A stretch of DNA of 64,000 bases from the human T2T-CHM13v2.0 reference genome, Homo sapiens (GCF_009914755.1 NC_060928.1), one strand, 5' to 3'; counted from the first letter of the stretch, positions 30,471-44,794 are shown. The notes: generated from the sequence alone by a model not told the origin. A program made the numbers and translations.

Positions 30471-33400
30471 ACCACTACAGATAATAAAATTATAGTATAT
30501 TATTTCTACGAATTCATAGAAATCTATCACTGAAAGGATGTTAAAATCATTTAACTTCCCAATTTTCTGATACCCCCAAAAGTATTACCTCTGTTAGTTA
30601 CATACTAGTAACTTTATAAGGTAATTTCCCTAAGTCTCCTCATAGGTAAACAGACTCTAGTCCAACACTATTCTGAAATGCACTTATTCTAAGTACAGTT
30701 TTCAAACACACAAAGTGCATGGCACATTGTAAGTGAATGCTAATACACTAGACTGAGGAAGGTCACGGTGTGGTCATTTATTTAGATTATTTGATTCCTA
30801 TCTTTGAAGTACTTTAGAGCAGTTATGAATGAATGAATAATGAATGAGTGAGTGAGTAGAGGCTAGATTTGCTGCCAATTGTAAAAAGCTCTAATTTTTC
30901 CCCACCTCATTTTATGTTATGAGTTGCAAATATCAAATAAGAAGAGAAAATGTTAAACCCTTTGTGATTTTGTGAGGGAGAATGAGAATGATAGGGGTCA
31001 GGTGTTATAATCAAAATAAAATGAATATGTTCCAAAGAAGGTTCTAATTTTATATGACTATACCAAGAAATAAAAGTTAAATTGATGAAGCATGAAAAAA
31101 ATGTGCAGCACTGTTTTGGGTTAATTCTATCTCTTTTTATTTTCTCTGCATATTGGACTCTGCTGTATTTATACTGCTCAGGCTATCAGTTTCCTAAAGC
31201 AGTTGAATAAGCCCCAGAGGACAAAGGTATCACTCTGAAGGGCGTGAGCTTTGCAGTAGGAAAGCTGTTGGTGTTCTATTCTGTTGACTCAGTATCTCCT
31301 CAGATCAGATGAGTGAGAGAAACAGCCTGTCAGCAAATTTAGTGCTGCTGCACACTCTCATGCCAAATCAAGCAGGTCCATAGTATCTCCAGAATTCCCT
31401 ATATATGGATAATATCTCCAACTGGAAGGTAAAGCTGAAAACACCATTAACTGATCTACAGCAATTTTCTCACTTTTAAATATGGGTTTCTATACAAGAG
31501 TGTATGTGTGACCTCAGGCAATGATGAAATAGTTAATAGGATCCATGCTCCATAATATGTAACCTAAAGTATCCAACCCCATCATTTAAACAGAATCATA
31601 CCCAAATGTCCAATGCCTAAAATAATAGGACTTTAAAATTAGAATTTGCAAACACAATGGCACTTCAAGTTCCTGAAGCTTCAATGAAAATGAAATTACA
31701 TCTACGTGGTATATTCTGTGAAATAGAAAATGCTCTAGTAAGTTTTAGAAAAAGTTTCAGCTATGAAAAAAGGTAACACAGCCTTCCATAATGAAGGTTT
31801 TCTGCTTAAGCCTTAGACAGCCAAACAACTAAATTGACATTATATTGTCCTGGCTTTCAAATTATATAGGATTTTACTGTACTTTTCAAGTTCAGCAATA
31901 TCAGTTCTGAGACTCTGTGTGGAGTCAATAAAATGAAGAACACTAAGTTGACTGTGGCTGTGCCTACTAAATATGCACCTTACAGGGACATTGTTTCCCC
32001 TTCAGACAGAATTTCATTGAAATATTTCAGAAAAATTGAATTCTATACTTACTAAAAGTTTCTATAAATTGTACTAGGATTTCTCACCATTAATAAATAA
32101 CTGCATTAGTAACTTTGATTCTAAAGCAAATTATTCATCTTTCTGCAGGTAGTGGAGTTTAATGAATCATCATTTGTTATACAATACCCTTTGTTTTATA
32201 TGTTTGAAGTAATTTTACCCTCCTGGTTTTCCCCACAAAGTTTCCAGTTTCCATAATGGTCTTTCTAATCACCTTCTCTGATTATAAAATTAAAAAGCAA
32301 CAATCAGATACAATCAGAGAAATTTCTACTATTTTAACATTTTTTCTGACGTTACCTATTTACTACCAAATATATAAAGAATAGCTTAGTACAATTTTAA
32401 AAAGTAGACACTGACATTAAATTCAAAGTTTTTTCAACCTAATATAGGAAATAAGGATGCACTATACAAATACAGTATACAGTAGAATGAGACTCATGCC
32501 ATAAAAGCAGTGGCAAAAACATCATGACAATTTAAAAAAGGGAAAGATCGTATCTATCTGTATAGATCAGGGCAGGCTTCACAGAAAAGAAAAGATAGGA
32601 TTTTTCAGGCAACAATTGGAAGAAAACATTTTAGTAAGAACGCAGGCAAATACACACAGGTTTGATAATAATGGGTGTTTAGAGAAAGGAGTAAGTAGTT
32701 CTTTTCCTTAAACATAAAATACAAAGGTCAAAAATAAAGTTGAAATGAAATATTATGAATATTTTATCATCAAAAATATAAAAATATAATAATATATTTC
32801 CCTCCATGCTCACCTGCATGTATATAAAATGCAATCTCTGGTTAATTTTCTGAGACACTCTCTCAGGAAAATTGTATTCATTGAGATACCAGGTTCTGAT
32901 AACTTGTAATAGGGCAAGTATTTTTGACACTACACCTTTTAGAGTATGAGAAAAATTAAATACAATTATTCAGTGACACTTGGACAGCAATAAAATGTTT
33001 AGAAATCCACTTGCATTTGAGCACCTACAGTGTTCATATAATTTGGCTCTGTTGCTGATAGTTGTCTCTTCAGTTTAGGTATCTAGTTTAAGGATCAGAA
33101 GACAATTAACAATTAATAACAAGCTCAAATGGCTTCCCTGTTATTGTTTCTATGGTATTAGCTGGTTGGTTCAGCTACTTTACATCAATACTGCTAAATC
33201 AAAACAAAGGTTAATAAACAAGAAGGAAAAGAACAAGGGTGTTTTTAAAAATCCACAGCATTTGGTTTTTTTCTTTGTTATATAATTATTTTCAAGGTTA
33301 CAGAAGTGAGCAATTGCCTTAAAAATATTCCAGTTTCTTAAGTGATGTAAATGTCTCATGGATACAGTCCATTTCAATCATTGGAAAAGGAAACTTTTAC

Positions 33401-34394
33401 CCAGATGTATTGAAACTACAATAGAGAGAAACATAGATCCCAAAACCTATTTAATTTTTATCTCACTTTACATATTCAGACCAACTTTAAAAGCCGTGTT
33501 TTTATTTTGTAATTTTTTGGCTTGCTTTTCTAACATGTTTAGAAACACCTTGATGAATGAAGAAGAGGGTGTCAGTGTGTTAGATATATCCTAGAACTCT
33601 CTTTTTTAACTTCTCTAAATAATTAATAATTGGGATTTAAATAGTATATGTTCATAAATGCCTTATCTTCCATTTTCCTACATAAGATTTATTTCAAAAA
33701 AAACGTGGCTTGCTCTCACTGGATTTTAAATTCCAAAAAGAAGCAAAACAAATGATAAATTTTTAAAAATGCCATCATGCAATGATAATGTGTGGCAAAA
33801 CAACCAATTATGTCTTACACAAAATATGTCTTCCAGTTCCACTTATAGTTCTCTTATCTTTAGAGATTATGAAAGAAGAGTAAATGCCAGTTTGTATATG
33901 ACGATTTTCCTAAAGTACACCATTGCAATTGTGTTGATCTCATTTTGGAAATCTAAGAAGGAAAAGACACACTTCACTTGAGTACATGGATTTTGAATAT
34001 AGCATGTATTAGACACAGTTTTGGACTAGCCTGAGATATCTGGCCATAATAATGTTTTCATTTGAGATACTGTTACTTTTTCCCCTAGGTAAGATAAAAA
34101 CAATTGAGCCACCAATAAATAAATAAGCAGCTGCCTTCCTGAATCTAATAAAGGTTCTGCTAAAAAGTAAGCACCCAGTTTGATACAACAACCTTAATCT
34201 CAAACTAAATTCAGCTAGCTTTTTATGGAAATGAGAAAAGAGTGACAATCATTACAAAAAATCTGAGCTATTCATTTATTTATTTACTTAAACAATTATT
34301 GAAAATTGACTATGTGCCTAGTATTGTTCTAGGGGATAAACCATAAGTTTAAGAACATGATTGATTTATTTCATAAAAGGGTAACTATTGTTAC

Positions 34395-34709
34395 TGTGAC
34401 ATAATAAAAAAATATATATTTAGTCTCTGTCCCCTCATCTCCTTCTCCCTGCTTGTTTTCTGGCACAGAGTTCCTAAAACGCTTGGAATCTCCAAAATGA
34501 TAAGTGTCTTTTTGTATGCTCATAAGATGCCTGGTATCAGGCGCTCCTGGATAGTCTCAGGATGGTGTTGGTTACCCCTCCTATGTGATTAGAGGTTTAG
34601 AACTTTTAGCCCCATCCCCTACCTCCAGGGAGGGGAGAGGGACTAGTATTGACTTAATCCCCCATGGCCAGTTACTTAATCAATTATGACTCTATAATGA
34701 AGCCTCCAT

Positions 34710-34752
<43 letters not shown>

Positions 34753-35280
34753 GAACAAGGTTTGAAAATCTTCCAGGTTGCTGAACACGTGAAGGTGCTG
34801 GGAAGGTGGCATGGCTGGTGAAAACACAGAAGCTCTGCACCTCTTCTCACATAACTTGCCCTATGTACCTCTTCATCTCACTGTTTACCTGTATCCTTTG
34901 TAATCTCGTTTATAGTAAACTGGTAAACTTAAGTGTTTGCCTAAGTTCTGCAACCTCTTCTGGAAAATGATCAAACACAAGGAGAGGGTTATGGGAACCT
35001 CCTGTTTGTAGCCAAGTCAGACAGAAGTTTTGGTGAGCCCGGAGACCCACCACTTGAGATTGGCATCTGAGGTGGGAGCCAACCTTGTGGGCCTGAGCCC
35101 TTAACCTCCGGGGTCTGCACTAACTCAGGTTAGTACCAGAATTCAATTGAATTGTAGGATGTGCGGCTGGTATTGGAGAATTTTCAGTGTAGGACAAAAA
35201 CTCCACACATCTAGTGTGTCAGAAGGAAGTGTTCTGGAAGTATGAAGTTTTGTCTTAATAAAAGTGTTTTCTCTATTTCT
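34395..35280 (+). mobile_element. MER21 (B/C-like) LTR containing a (CA)n tract
   Basis: tgtgacataataa start; ctggcacagagttcctaaaac; gattggcatctga; ctgagcccttaacc. Confidence 0.85.
34714..34751. repeat. (CA)n microsatellite, about 19 units
   Basis: Seen directly. Confidence 0.95.
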
Positions 35281-36580
35281 ATGCAAGGAATTACTGATTA
35301 CAATTGGGTTTAAGTTGATTATCTCATTATGTTTTTAATCTAATTACCACATCTATTTTTGTTTCCTTACTCTCCTTTCCTTCATTTGTATTACTCAGTG
35401 TATCTTATTACTAATTTTTGAAGTATCTTTATTTTCTCCTTTTTAATATCATTTTTGAAATGATTACCCTAGAAATTTTCAGATGAATTCTTAATTACAA
35501 ATGACCTGGTTTGGGTAATTTCTTCACACATGTGCATCGGTTAGAACCCAACCGAAGGCTCAGTGTTCCTTTGCAGGTCTCTGTAGCCCTCACTTTCTGA
35601 AGCTATCTGCTCTCTAGTATCCCTTCTGGTGAGTTCTAGACTTCTTGCCTCCTCTCCCTGCCTGAATTCTAACTTTATCGCTTCAATTCAAAGAGACTGC
35701 AGTCTGTACCTGGTTTCATTCTCCCTCCTCCATGGCATGAAAATTTTCTCCAGGCAGTAAACTAGGATAAGCATGGGGCTTACCTTATTTGTTTCCCTAT
35801 TGTTAGGAATGAGTATTCTGAACATTTTGACGCTCCATGTCTGAAAAACATTGTTATTTCCATTGTTAAAGGTGATAACAGTACATCCAGGCCAAGTTAC
35901 TCATCTTATTTGGAGGTAGAGGTCTCCCAGCGTGTTGTTTTCTTTTTAAAACTTTTTTAGTATTTGCTTATACATATATATATGCACATACATTGGCCAC
36001 CTTTTTACTGTTAATCTACTTGTCTGTATGTTCTAAGTGAATATATTTTGTGAACAACACGGGTCTGTTTTTATCCAATCTGAAAATTTCTGCCTTGTAC
36101 TTGGAGTGTTTAGACTATTTATAATTCACGTAATTATCGATGTTATTAGATTTACATCTAGTACCCTGCTATTTGTTTTCTATTTGTCTCATCTATTCTT
36201 TGTTCATTTCTTATCTTTGTTTTACTTCTTTAGATTGGGTCTATTTTGTCATTCAATTTTATCATCACAAATGGCTCATTCACTTTATCTTTTTTATTTT
36301 TCAGTTGGCCAATGGGTTACAATATAACAATTTCATATTATTACAATTTATTTTCAAATAATATTATATGAATTTGCATATAGCATAAGAACCTCATAAC
36401 AGTATATTTTCATTTTCCTCCTCTGCCCTTCATGGTACTACTGTAATACTTTTTACTTCTATATATATATTATAAAGTACAGAGTAAATTGTTATTTTTA
36501 AGCTATCAATATTTTTTTACATAGATCAAATAATGAGAAGAAAAACTCTTGTATGTTTATTTATATTTTTACCATTGCTA

Positions 36581-36582
<2 letters not shown>

Positions 36583-36628
<46 letters not shown>
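36583..36628. repeat. (TG)n microsatellite, about 23 units
   Basis: Seen directly. Confidence 0.95.
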
Positions 36629-36631
<3 letters not shown>

Positions 36632-36673
36632 AGATCCCAATTTCACTCTGGTAACATTTTCCTATTCCCTAAG

Positions 36674-38100
36674 TCTTTGGACTGAATTTTGCTTCACTAC
36701 CCTCCCCCACCCAGTTGTATATATTGACGTTCTAACTCCCAGTACATATCAGAATGTTACTGATAGTTGCAGGAAACAGACAAATTCCTAGGTAGACAGG
36801 CGCAGGTCCCTGGTGAAACCCAACCTTCCAGCCAGAAGACAGCCTGAAGCCTGCAAACTGGGCTGCCAGTCCCAGGTAGTATCCGCAACCTGGATTGAGA
36901 ACTTCCTCAATGCCTTTTAGCCAACCGAATGGTGCTTTTTCCAGGCCCACCAATGGATCAATCAGCATGAACTCCCCCATGCTGAGTCCATAAAAACCCC
37001 AGACTCAGCCACATGTTGGGACTACTTGCCCTCAGGTAGAGTGAGAGCTGTTCTGTCACTCAGTAAAATTCTTCTCTGCCTTGCTTACTCTCTGGTTGTC
37101 CATGTAACCTCATTCTTCTTGGGACAAGAACCCGGAACCTGCCAAACAGAACATGGGAAAGGAACTGTAACACTGTACCCCGCCTGCTCTCTGACAGTGC
37201 CGGGCAGCCACCCCACATGACAGGAAGTGGCAACAGGGCTGGGCCAGCCCAGGAGACCTGGGCCAGTGGGACCAAACCAGCTGTAATAATAACAAGATGA
37301 AACACACCCCCCACCCACCCCATTTGCCACACTGAGGACAGAAGAAATGAACAAGCTGTGAAATGCTGAGGCTCCATGGTTGCTGGCATCTCCAAGTTTT
37401 CGGGCACTACCATGTTCCCCTCATCCAGATGCCAGCACCTAAGGCAGAAGCCATTTGCGGTACTCCTGGTCCAGCTGCAGCCTCACACAGAGCCTGAACC
37501 TGTGCCAGCACATGGAGCTGCCCACCTCACCACAGTAGCTGGCACTCTTGACTGTGTGCTGTGGCCAGACCCTGCGCTCACTCACTCACATGCCCCTCCC
37601 TGCTCTGTGCCTGGCTCACCCTAAGTGGGCATGGGATCTAGGCTAGTAATGTGGGCTGAGCGCAGCTGTCGGGCTGAGTGGGTGGAATAAGCCCAGCAGA
37701 TATGAGTGAAACTTGAGCAGAAGCACCACCAGCCACAGAGGTTTCCGGCTGGCAAAGTGGCACCCAAAGGATCCTGTGTCATTACTATAGTTGGAGATAG
37801 GACCTTCAAAGAGGTAATTAAGTTTAAATGAAGTCAATGAGCGGGCCCTAATCTAATATGATTCGTGTCCTTATAGAAACAGAAATACCAGAGATGTATG
37901 CACACAGAGAAAAAGCTGTGTGATGGCACAGCAAGAAGGTGGCCATTTTGGAAGCCAAGATAGAAGTATTAGAAGAAACCAAACCTGCTGACAGCTAGGT
38001 CTCGGACTTCCAGCCTCCAGAACTGTTAGAAAATAAATTCTATTGTTTAAGCCACTCAGTCTATGATATTTTGTTATGGCAGTCTTAGCAAACTGATACA
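36674..38100 (+). mobile_element. MLT1B-like LTR split by LTR28
   Basis: ggactgaat...cagaatgttac, then tatagttggagatagg...gcaaactgataca; TSD ctaag / ctagg. Confidence 0.88.
36761..37781 (+). mobile_element. LTR28-like ERV1 solo LTR
   Basis: tgatagttgcaggaaacagacaaattcctagg...atcctgtgtca; 1021 bp; perfect TSD ttac. Confidence 0.85.
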
Positions 38101-39039
38101 CTAGGAATTTCCTTTAATAGTGTTTGACATGCATATCTGCTGGAGATTAATCTCACTATCTTTGTATGTATGAAAAATTTCCCCTTCATTGTTGAAAGAT
38201 ATTTTTGCTGGTAAGGAATTGTGGGTGGACTTTTTTCTTAAGTACTTTAAGACTGTTGTTTCATTGTCCTATGGCTTGCATTAGTTTGTTATTATCCATG
38301 CTTCTCTGTATAAAATGTTTCTTTTTCTCTGGCTGTTTTTAAGATTTTTCTTTTCATTACTGGTCTTAAGCAATTTGTGATGTCCCTTGGTGAAGTTTTC
38401 TTTGTGTTAATACCCCTTGGGATTTGCTGAACTTCTTGGACATGCAAATTTATATTTTATATCAAATTTAGAAAATTATCAGCATTAATATCTTTTCCAT
38501 ACTTTCCCCTTTTTCTAGACCTCTAATTATGTTTGTTAGGCTACTTGATAATGTAATTGATATGCTTTTTAATCCTTGAGGTGTTAATTTTTTTTTCTTA
38601 CATCACTTTGAAATGTTTCCATGCTATGTCTTTAACATCATTGATCTTCTGCAGTGTCTAATCTGCTATTAATGTCTTCCTACTTTGGATTTTTAAATAT
38701 CTTCCATTTCTTTCCTCATCATCATTGTATTTCCCTCTATCTTGTTGAACATATGGAGCATATTTTAAAAGCTATTTTAACATTCTTATTTTTTAATTTT
38801 ATTGCCCCATTTTTTGCAGGTCTTCTATTGATTGATTTTTTCCTCTGAATTATTAATAATATATTTCTGTTTCTTTGCATACCTGTTAACTTTTTTGGAT
38901 CAAATACATTGAATATAGTATGATTCTGATTGCTGTACATTATATATAGTATGATTCTGATTGCTGTCTGATGGGAACACAAAATAATTCCCAGTCCTGT
39001 TGTGCTCCAGATATTAGTTGGCCTATTACTTCCTGGTGT

Positions 39040-39071
<32 letters not shown>

Positions 39072-39949
39072 TTTGTTGTTTTTTTTTCCCTCCAGTCTTG
39101 GGTAAGTTCCTCTTGTGAATATACTGATCAGTACTTATGCAGGAAACTCTTATGTAGATTTCTAGAACTCACTCTGTGTGCAGTTCCAGCCTGTCTGATA
39201 TTCTGAAATGAAATTCTAGCTCCTTGTCCTCCTCAAATACCGGGTTATTTCCCTTCTACTCATTAAGATTGCCAGGCTCTGTTGTGTTCCCCCTCCCTGT
39301 GCTGTGGCCTGGAAACAAACTCTAGATGGTAAGCTGAGGAAATCAAATGAGTCATCGTGTATATTTTTCTTCTATCACAGACCACAGTTTTATATCGCCT
39401 ATTGTCCAATGGCCAAAAGCCCCTGTTTTATATATTTTGGCAACATATAAAAGAAGATCTGTGGTTGAGTTAGAAGATAAATAAATATCAACCAGACATG
39501 AATAAAGTAGAGTATGAGACTTTGTGTTTCCCATTGGGGGAGGAAGAAAAACATGTCTTTGGTTGTGCAAGGTATGGTTGTTTCAGGTTAGGAAGAAGCA
39601 TGTTGTTACTAATTTTATCTGGAAGTTATACATGGAAAAAAAGGCAGTTATAAATTCTGAGTTGATAAAGTTGATAAAATATTGGAATGTGTAGGCAATG
39701 TAGAATTACATATCATATATATGCTATATATTTCCACTTGGAAAGCTGATTTTTCCAAAGAGCAAGCCATTAATAGATTAATAGCTTCCTCTCAGCCTAA
39801 AGCACTTTTTCGTTTTTTCCATAAGGGCTAGCACATTTAAAGTATTAAGAGATTTGGCATCATCAGCTTTCACCTTTTCACATGGGAATTTAAGATAATG
39901 AAAACAAGTAATAGTCTCCAGGTACCACTAAAGACGATAAAAATAGCAG

Positions 39950-40380
39950 GCCATTATATTAACAGTTAAAATTTTCCTCTAAAGAAAACAAGAAACTTGA
40001 ACAGTTTTACTGGTCATCCAAAATTTCCAAGAGCAAATCATTCAATTCTTAAAAAAACTTCTAAGAATAGAAAAAGTAGAAAACTTTCTCTCATTTTATG
40101 ATGTTTAATAATTTCACAACAGGAATAGTATGATAAGCAAAACTTAAAAGTTCTTTTCACTCATGAATAAAGATGTCAAATCCCTCAAATTACCAATAAA
40201 CACAAACCAACACTGCATATAAAAAAGAGACATTATGATCAAATTAGTTTTATGCCAGAAAAAGGCAAATATGGTTTAATATTATAAAATCCAAAAAATT
40301 TATTCACTACATTTACACTTTAATATTATCATATCAATAGATGTAAATGCACAGATGTAATAAAATTATAATTTAATATT
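39950..40380 (+). mobile_element. Old L1M ORF2 fragment
   Basis: ctcattttatga..., catgaataaagatgtcaaatccctcaa and atcatatcaatagatg motifs. Confidence 0.6.
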
Positions 40381-41211
40381 CCAGCCTCAGAATAACAACA
40401 AACAAAAACAAAAAATCTAACTACTTGATATCTTAAAAACATGCTCACTAAAATCTTGGATCAAAGATATTTAAAAATCATAAACTATAAAAAAAATCAA
40501 AATGAAAATACTGCATAGTTAATAATGTGATGAAAGCTTTATTTAGAGGTAAATTAATACACACACATACACACAACACACACATCTAGACCAACTTAAA
40601 TATCTAGACAGTTACAGGTTAACAATATTTGTTAGCTTTACCTTGAAAAATAGCACACATTATTTATAATAGAAAGGTGATGTTAGAATAATAGCATTTT
40701 TCTAAAAGTCATATTCAGTCTATAAACTTTGTAGAAGAATCACAGTGGCACTCAGCTATTTGTCTGTAAAAAAAAGCTGAAACAAATCCAATTTTAAAAA
40801 TTAAAAAATAAAAAATAAAAGCAATGAAAGTAGGTTAGTCAGATATGCTTATTTTAACATATCTTTCTGTATTGTTTAGCTAGACAATTGAACAAAATAT
40901 TTCTATTTTTTGGCTAAATTACTGTGAGAAAGCCAAGTAATGCCTTTCAGGAGGCATTACCGTGTAATTAATTAACTTTAACAAATTATGATCGAATCAT
41001 TAACCTCGTGAACTGTAAGGTCAGATAGTCTTCATACAATTTTGGAGGAAAAACCCTAAAGAGAAAGATTTCTTTTCTTATGCTACTATGTAGAAATAAA
41101 CTACTAAGGAAATACAAGAAAAAAGAAATATTTTTCACCAGGTTTTTCTTGGACAGCCAACTAAAAGCATAATTTGAAAATGATAATTCTAAAATTCAAT
41201 CACTGTTGTTA

Positions 41212-41536
41212 TTTTTTTTTTTTTTTTTTTGACTCGAGTCTCTCTGTCACCCAGGCTGGAGCGCAGCGGCGCCATCTTGGCACACTGCAACCTCTGCCTC
41301 CCGAGTTGAAGCGATTCTCCTGTCTCAGCCTCCCAAGCAGCTGAGATTACTGGTGCCTGCTACCAACCCCGGCTAAGTTTTGTATTTTTAGAAGAGACGA
41401 GCTCCTAATGCAGGAACAGAAAACCAAAGTTTCACCATGTTGGCCAGGCTGGTCTCAAACTCCTGATCACAGGTGATCCGCCTGCCTCAACCTCCCAAAG
41501 TGCTAGGATTAGAGGCGTGAGCCACCACACCCAGCT
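41212..41536 (-). mobile_element. AluS with a ~27 nt foreign insertion
   Basis: Full antisense Alu in which gagacg...gtttcaccatg is interrupted at 41402-41428. Confidence 0.95.
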
Positions 41537-42249
41537 GGATGTGATTTTTTTTTTTAAGTAATTCTGGTATAATCTGACTATTTTATGTGTTAATTCTCTC
41601 ACTTCGTTGTCGCAAGTGCTAAGAGAGCAAATGAAATATGGGCACATCAGATAACTTCTATTTAGTATTCTATCATCTCTACTCACTTAAAATTAAGTGG
41701 AAACACCCATACTTGTTTTAAATTCTGATTCAAAGTGATGAGGATTTCGGAAATAGTAGGAATGACATGGACATAGGCCACTCTCAAGCAGGCTTGAGGT
41801 CTGATCCAAGACCTGAGCTTTCTTTTCCAAACACGTAACTTTATTCAATCATATAATCTTACTTAGATCTTCCCCATGTTAAGGCTCAGATCTTCCCCTT
41901 AGTGAGTGAATAAATGTAACCCAAGTGTGTAAGGCTTCTTGTGAAGATCAGTTAAGTCAACTATAGTTTATTAAGTTTCTTCTATGTTGTAGACAGGTTA
42001 ACATGAAATAGTATGTTAGATACTCTTGGCATATAGTAGGTGTTTTATACATAGAAATTAGGAAATGATAATGTTGTTTTGTTCTAGTAATGTCCTGCCA
42101 TTGTAAGGGTAGAATGCAAATTCATGTTTAAGGAGGAAACAAACAGTAATTTTTCACAGCTATTATTTGCCAATTCTTTAAAAAATAAAAATAAATACAT
42201 TAGATTGTTAAAGCAATTGTCTAACAAAAACCTAATTTAAAAAATAAAA

Positions 42250-42365
42250 TCCCTTGGGTACACTAACATCTCAGACTTTACCACTATACAATTCATCTAT
42301 GAAACCAAAAAGTATTTGTACTCCAAAAGCTATTGAAATATAAAATATTAATTTACAAAATAAAA
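42250..42365 (+). mobile_element. L1PB-like 3' terminal fragment
   Basis: tctcagactttaccactatacaattcatc...aaaagctattgaaat. Confidence 0.75.
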
Positions 42366-42760
42366 TCCCATCTCCATTTTTGTGTTTAATTAGAATCATA
42401 TGGTTGATGATTTTGTAAGACATACAAAAGAAAATATTTCCTTGTTTAAGTAAGTTTAGCCTATTAATGCACTTAATTAGAAAATTTTTTATTATTTCAA
42501 CTACTCTCAAAATTTGCTGACACAATTTTCATTCACTTTGTGATTTTAGACACTTACAAGCACAATGTTGGAAAATAGTTCTTTGCTTTAGGATTGAGAT
42601 CATGAAAATGAACTGCTAAGCTTTTTATTTTCTTCTTTTTTGATGGGAGAATAACCAAAAAATTATCAAAACTCAGGCTTAATTGTATAGAAAGCAATTA
42701 TTATATTACACATTTATCCCTTATTACCAGGTAAGTTTTAAACTTCTCTTGTATATTCTT

Positions 42761-43140
<380 letters not shown>

Positions 43141-43179
43141 GTATTGCATATTCTTGATATTTGCAGGTAAACCACATCA

Positions 43180-43560
43180 TTTATGAATTTTGATGTATGC
43201 ATATGACAGAAAAATTAAAAACAAACAAAAGTGGTTTAAACAACATATACGTTTATCTTATTTTATACAAAAGAAATCCAGATTTGGCCAGTGGAAGCAT
43301 ATCCACAGTGTGATTAGAGGCCAGGCTTTCTTCTTTCTCCTCTGTAGCCCTTGCGCATGGTTTCTTCAAGGTTACTTCATGGTATTAGATGGATTCTGAA
43401 GCTCCTGAAATCACTTTCATGACAGCACAAAAATAAGAATAAAGAAGAGAAAAGCAAAATGGGGACTTTCTGGAGATACAACACAGTGCTTAATATTTCA
43501 TTGAACAAAAGTCATCTGGCCACAGAAAGCTGCAAGAGAGTCTTTTATTCTAGGTATCAA
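43180..43560 (-). mobile_element. Old MLT1 (J/K-like) LTR
   Basis: gtggtttaaacaa... and ggccaggctttcttctttct motifs; highly diverged. Confidence 0.5.
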
Positions 43561-44280
43561 TGTATTTAATGAAACCTGAGTTCTGATACTAGTATTTTTT
43601 GGAATAAGGTAGCTCTTCCTCCCACTATTTGGCATGATTTGGTTTTTTTCAGTCCTGTAGAAATTCTTTGAAACCTGTATGCTGTGATTAGTGATGGAAA
43701 ATACACTGCAAAAAGTTTCAGATAGATGCAGATTAAGGCCATTTTATAGATTTGGTTAGAAGAAAACAAGAAAGTTCTTCTCTGACTGTTTCTGTTTCCT
43801 CATTAGAATATGACTGCCCATGTAGAATGCCCACTTAAAGCTCATGATGTTCCCTTTAAGTAAAAACCAGTCAGCTTACTCATATGATATTTCTTTCCAG
43901 CCACAGAAGTTTCTTCTGTCTTCATGTTAGAAGGTGAATTACTCATTAAAAATTTGGTTTGTCAGAGAATTACCATAGAAAGTGGCAGATGTAGAGAAAT
44001 TGAGGATATTTGCAAACAAGTTTTTTTAATGAGTGATGGTAGTGTGGAACCATATAATCTAATGTGGTTTAAAAGGAAAACTAATATACAAGGAGACAGT
44101 ATGGTAATGAGAAAATCGCGAGGTCAAGGAATTGGTCCTCAATGAAGTTGAGGAATTATTTCAGCAATGGTACTTTTGCAAGTGAGATAGAAAAGTAAAA
44201 GACAATCGTTGTAAAGCAATATGGTTGAAATACAGATGCTGTAGTTGACATAGTTTCTAGAAGAGAAGCATCTAGAATGT

Positions 44281-44773
44281 TGTTGGGTTCAGTCAGGCTG
44301 GTAGGGAAAATATTAGAGATAGTTACAGAGATAGACACAAATCTTGGAAGGCCAAAAAGTTTGCATAACTTTGGTAACAGATATGGTTGAAGACAACCTG
44401 ATCTTAACCTTTAGTTAAATAAAGTAGAGTAGTAACAAAGGAATGTGGGGTAGTTAACTAGCTAGCTTGTTTACTCATGTGGTCTTAAGACTAACCTTTG
44501 ATGTACCACAGGTGCTTAAGTGCTTTTTACTCGGGAAGTCCACAGTGTCAATTACCCTCTAATGGTGTTGACTCAAGCCTTTGTGAATTAATCTTACTGA
44601 ATAAATGTGAGTCTCATCAGCTGATTGGGCCATAGTTGCAACTGTTCACAATACTCAGCAGGGAATTTGTAAATGGCTTGGACACTCAGCTGAACTGGCA
44701 AAGCAGATTATCTGTGTGTCAGTGTACTTTATTCATCCGTCGCTGGGTCAGGGTCTGCAGGCAGACCCCGGCA
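44281..44773 (+). mobile_element. LTR22 (HERV-K HML-5) 5' LTR
   Basis: tgttgggttcagtcaggctggt...gtcagtgtactttattcatccgtcgctgggtcagggtctgc...ccccggca. Confidence 0.9.
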
Positions 44774-44775
44774 GC

Positions 44776-44794
44776 TGGTGCCCCTGTGTGAGGA
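44776..44794 (+). promoter_or_regulatory. Retroviral primer-binding site complementary to the tRNA-Met 3' end
   Basis: tggtgcccctgtgtgagga versus TGGTGCCCCGTGTGAGGA (one extra base), 2 nt after the LTR end. Confidence 0.85.

Larger units (their letters stand above)
35290..39440 (-). mobile_element. Old L1M (L1ME/MD-like) fragments hosting MLT1B and LTR28
   Basis: T-rich antisense L1 sequence; related 5'-region blocks near 35500-35850 and 39090-39430. Boundaries are approximate. Confidence 0.6.

Noticed and set aside
31398-31408. CArG-like cctatatatgg
   Set aside because: It has seven A/T bases rather than the six required.
35500-39430. Similarity between 35500-35850 and 39090-39430
   Set aside because: Highly diverged; better explained by two related old L1M pieces than by a local duplication.
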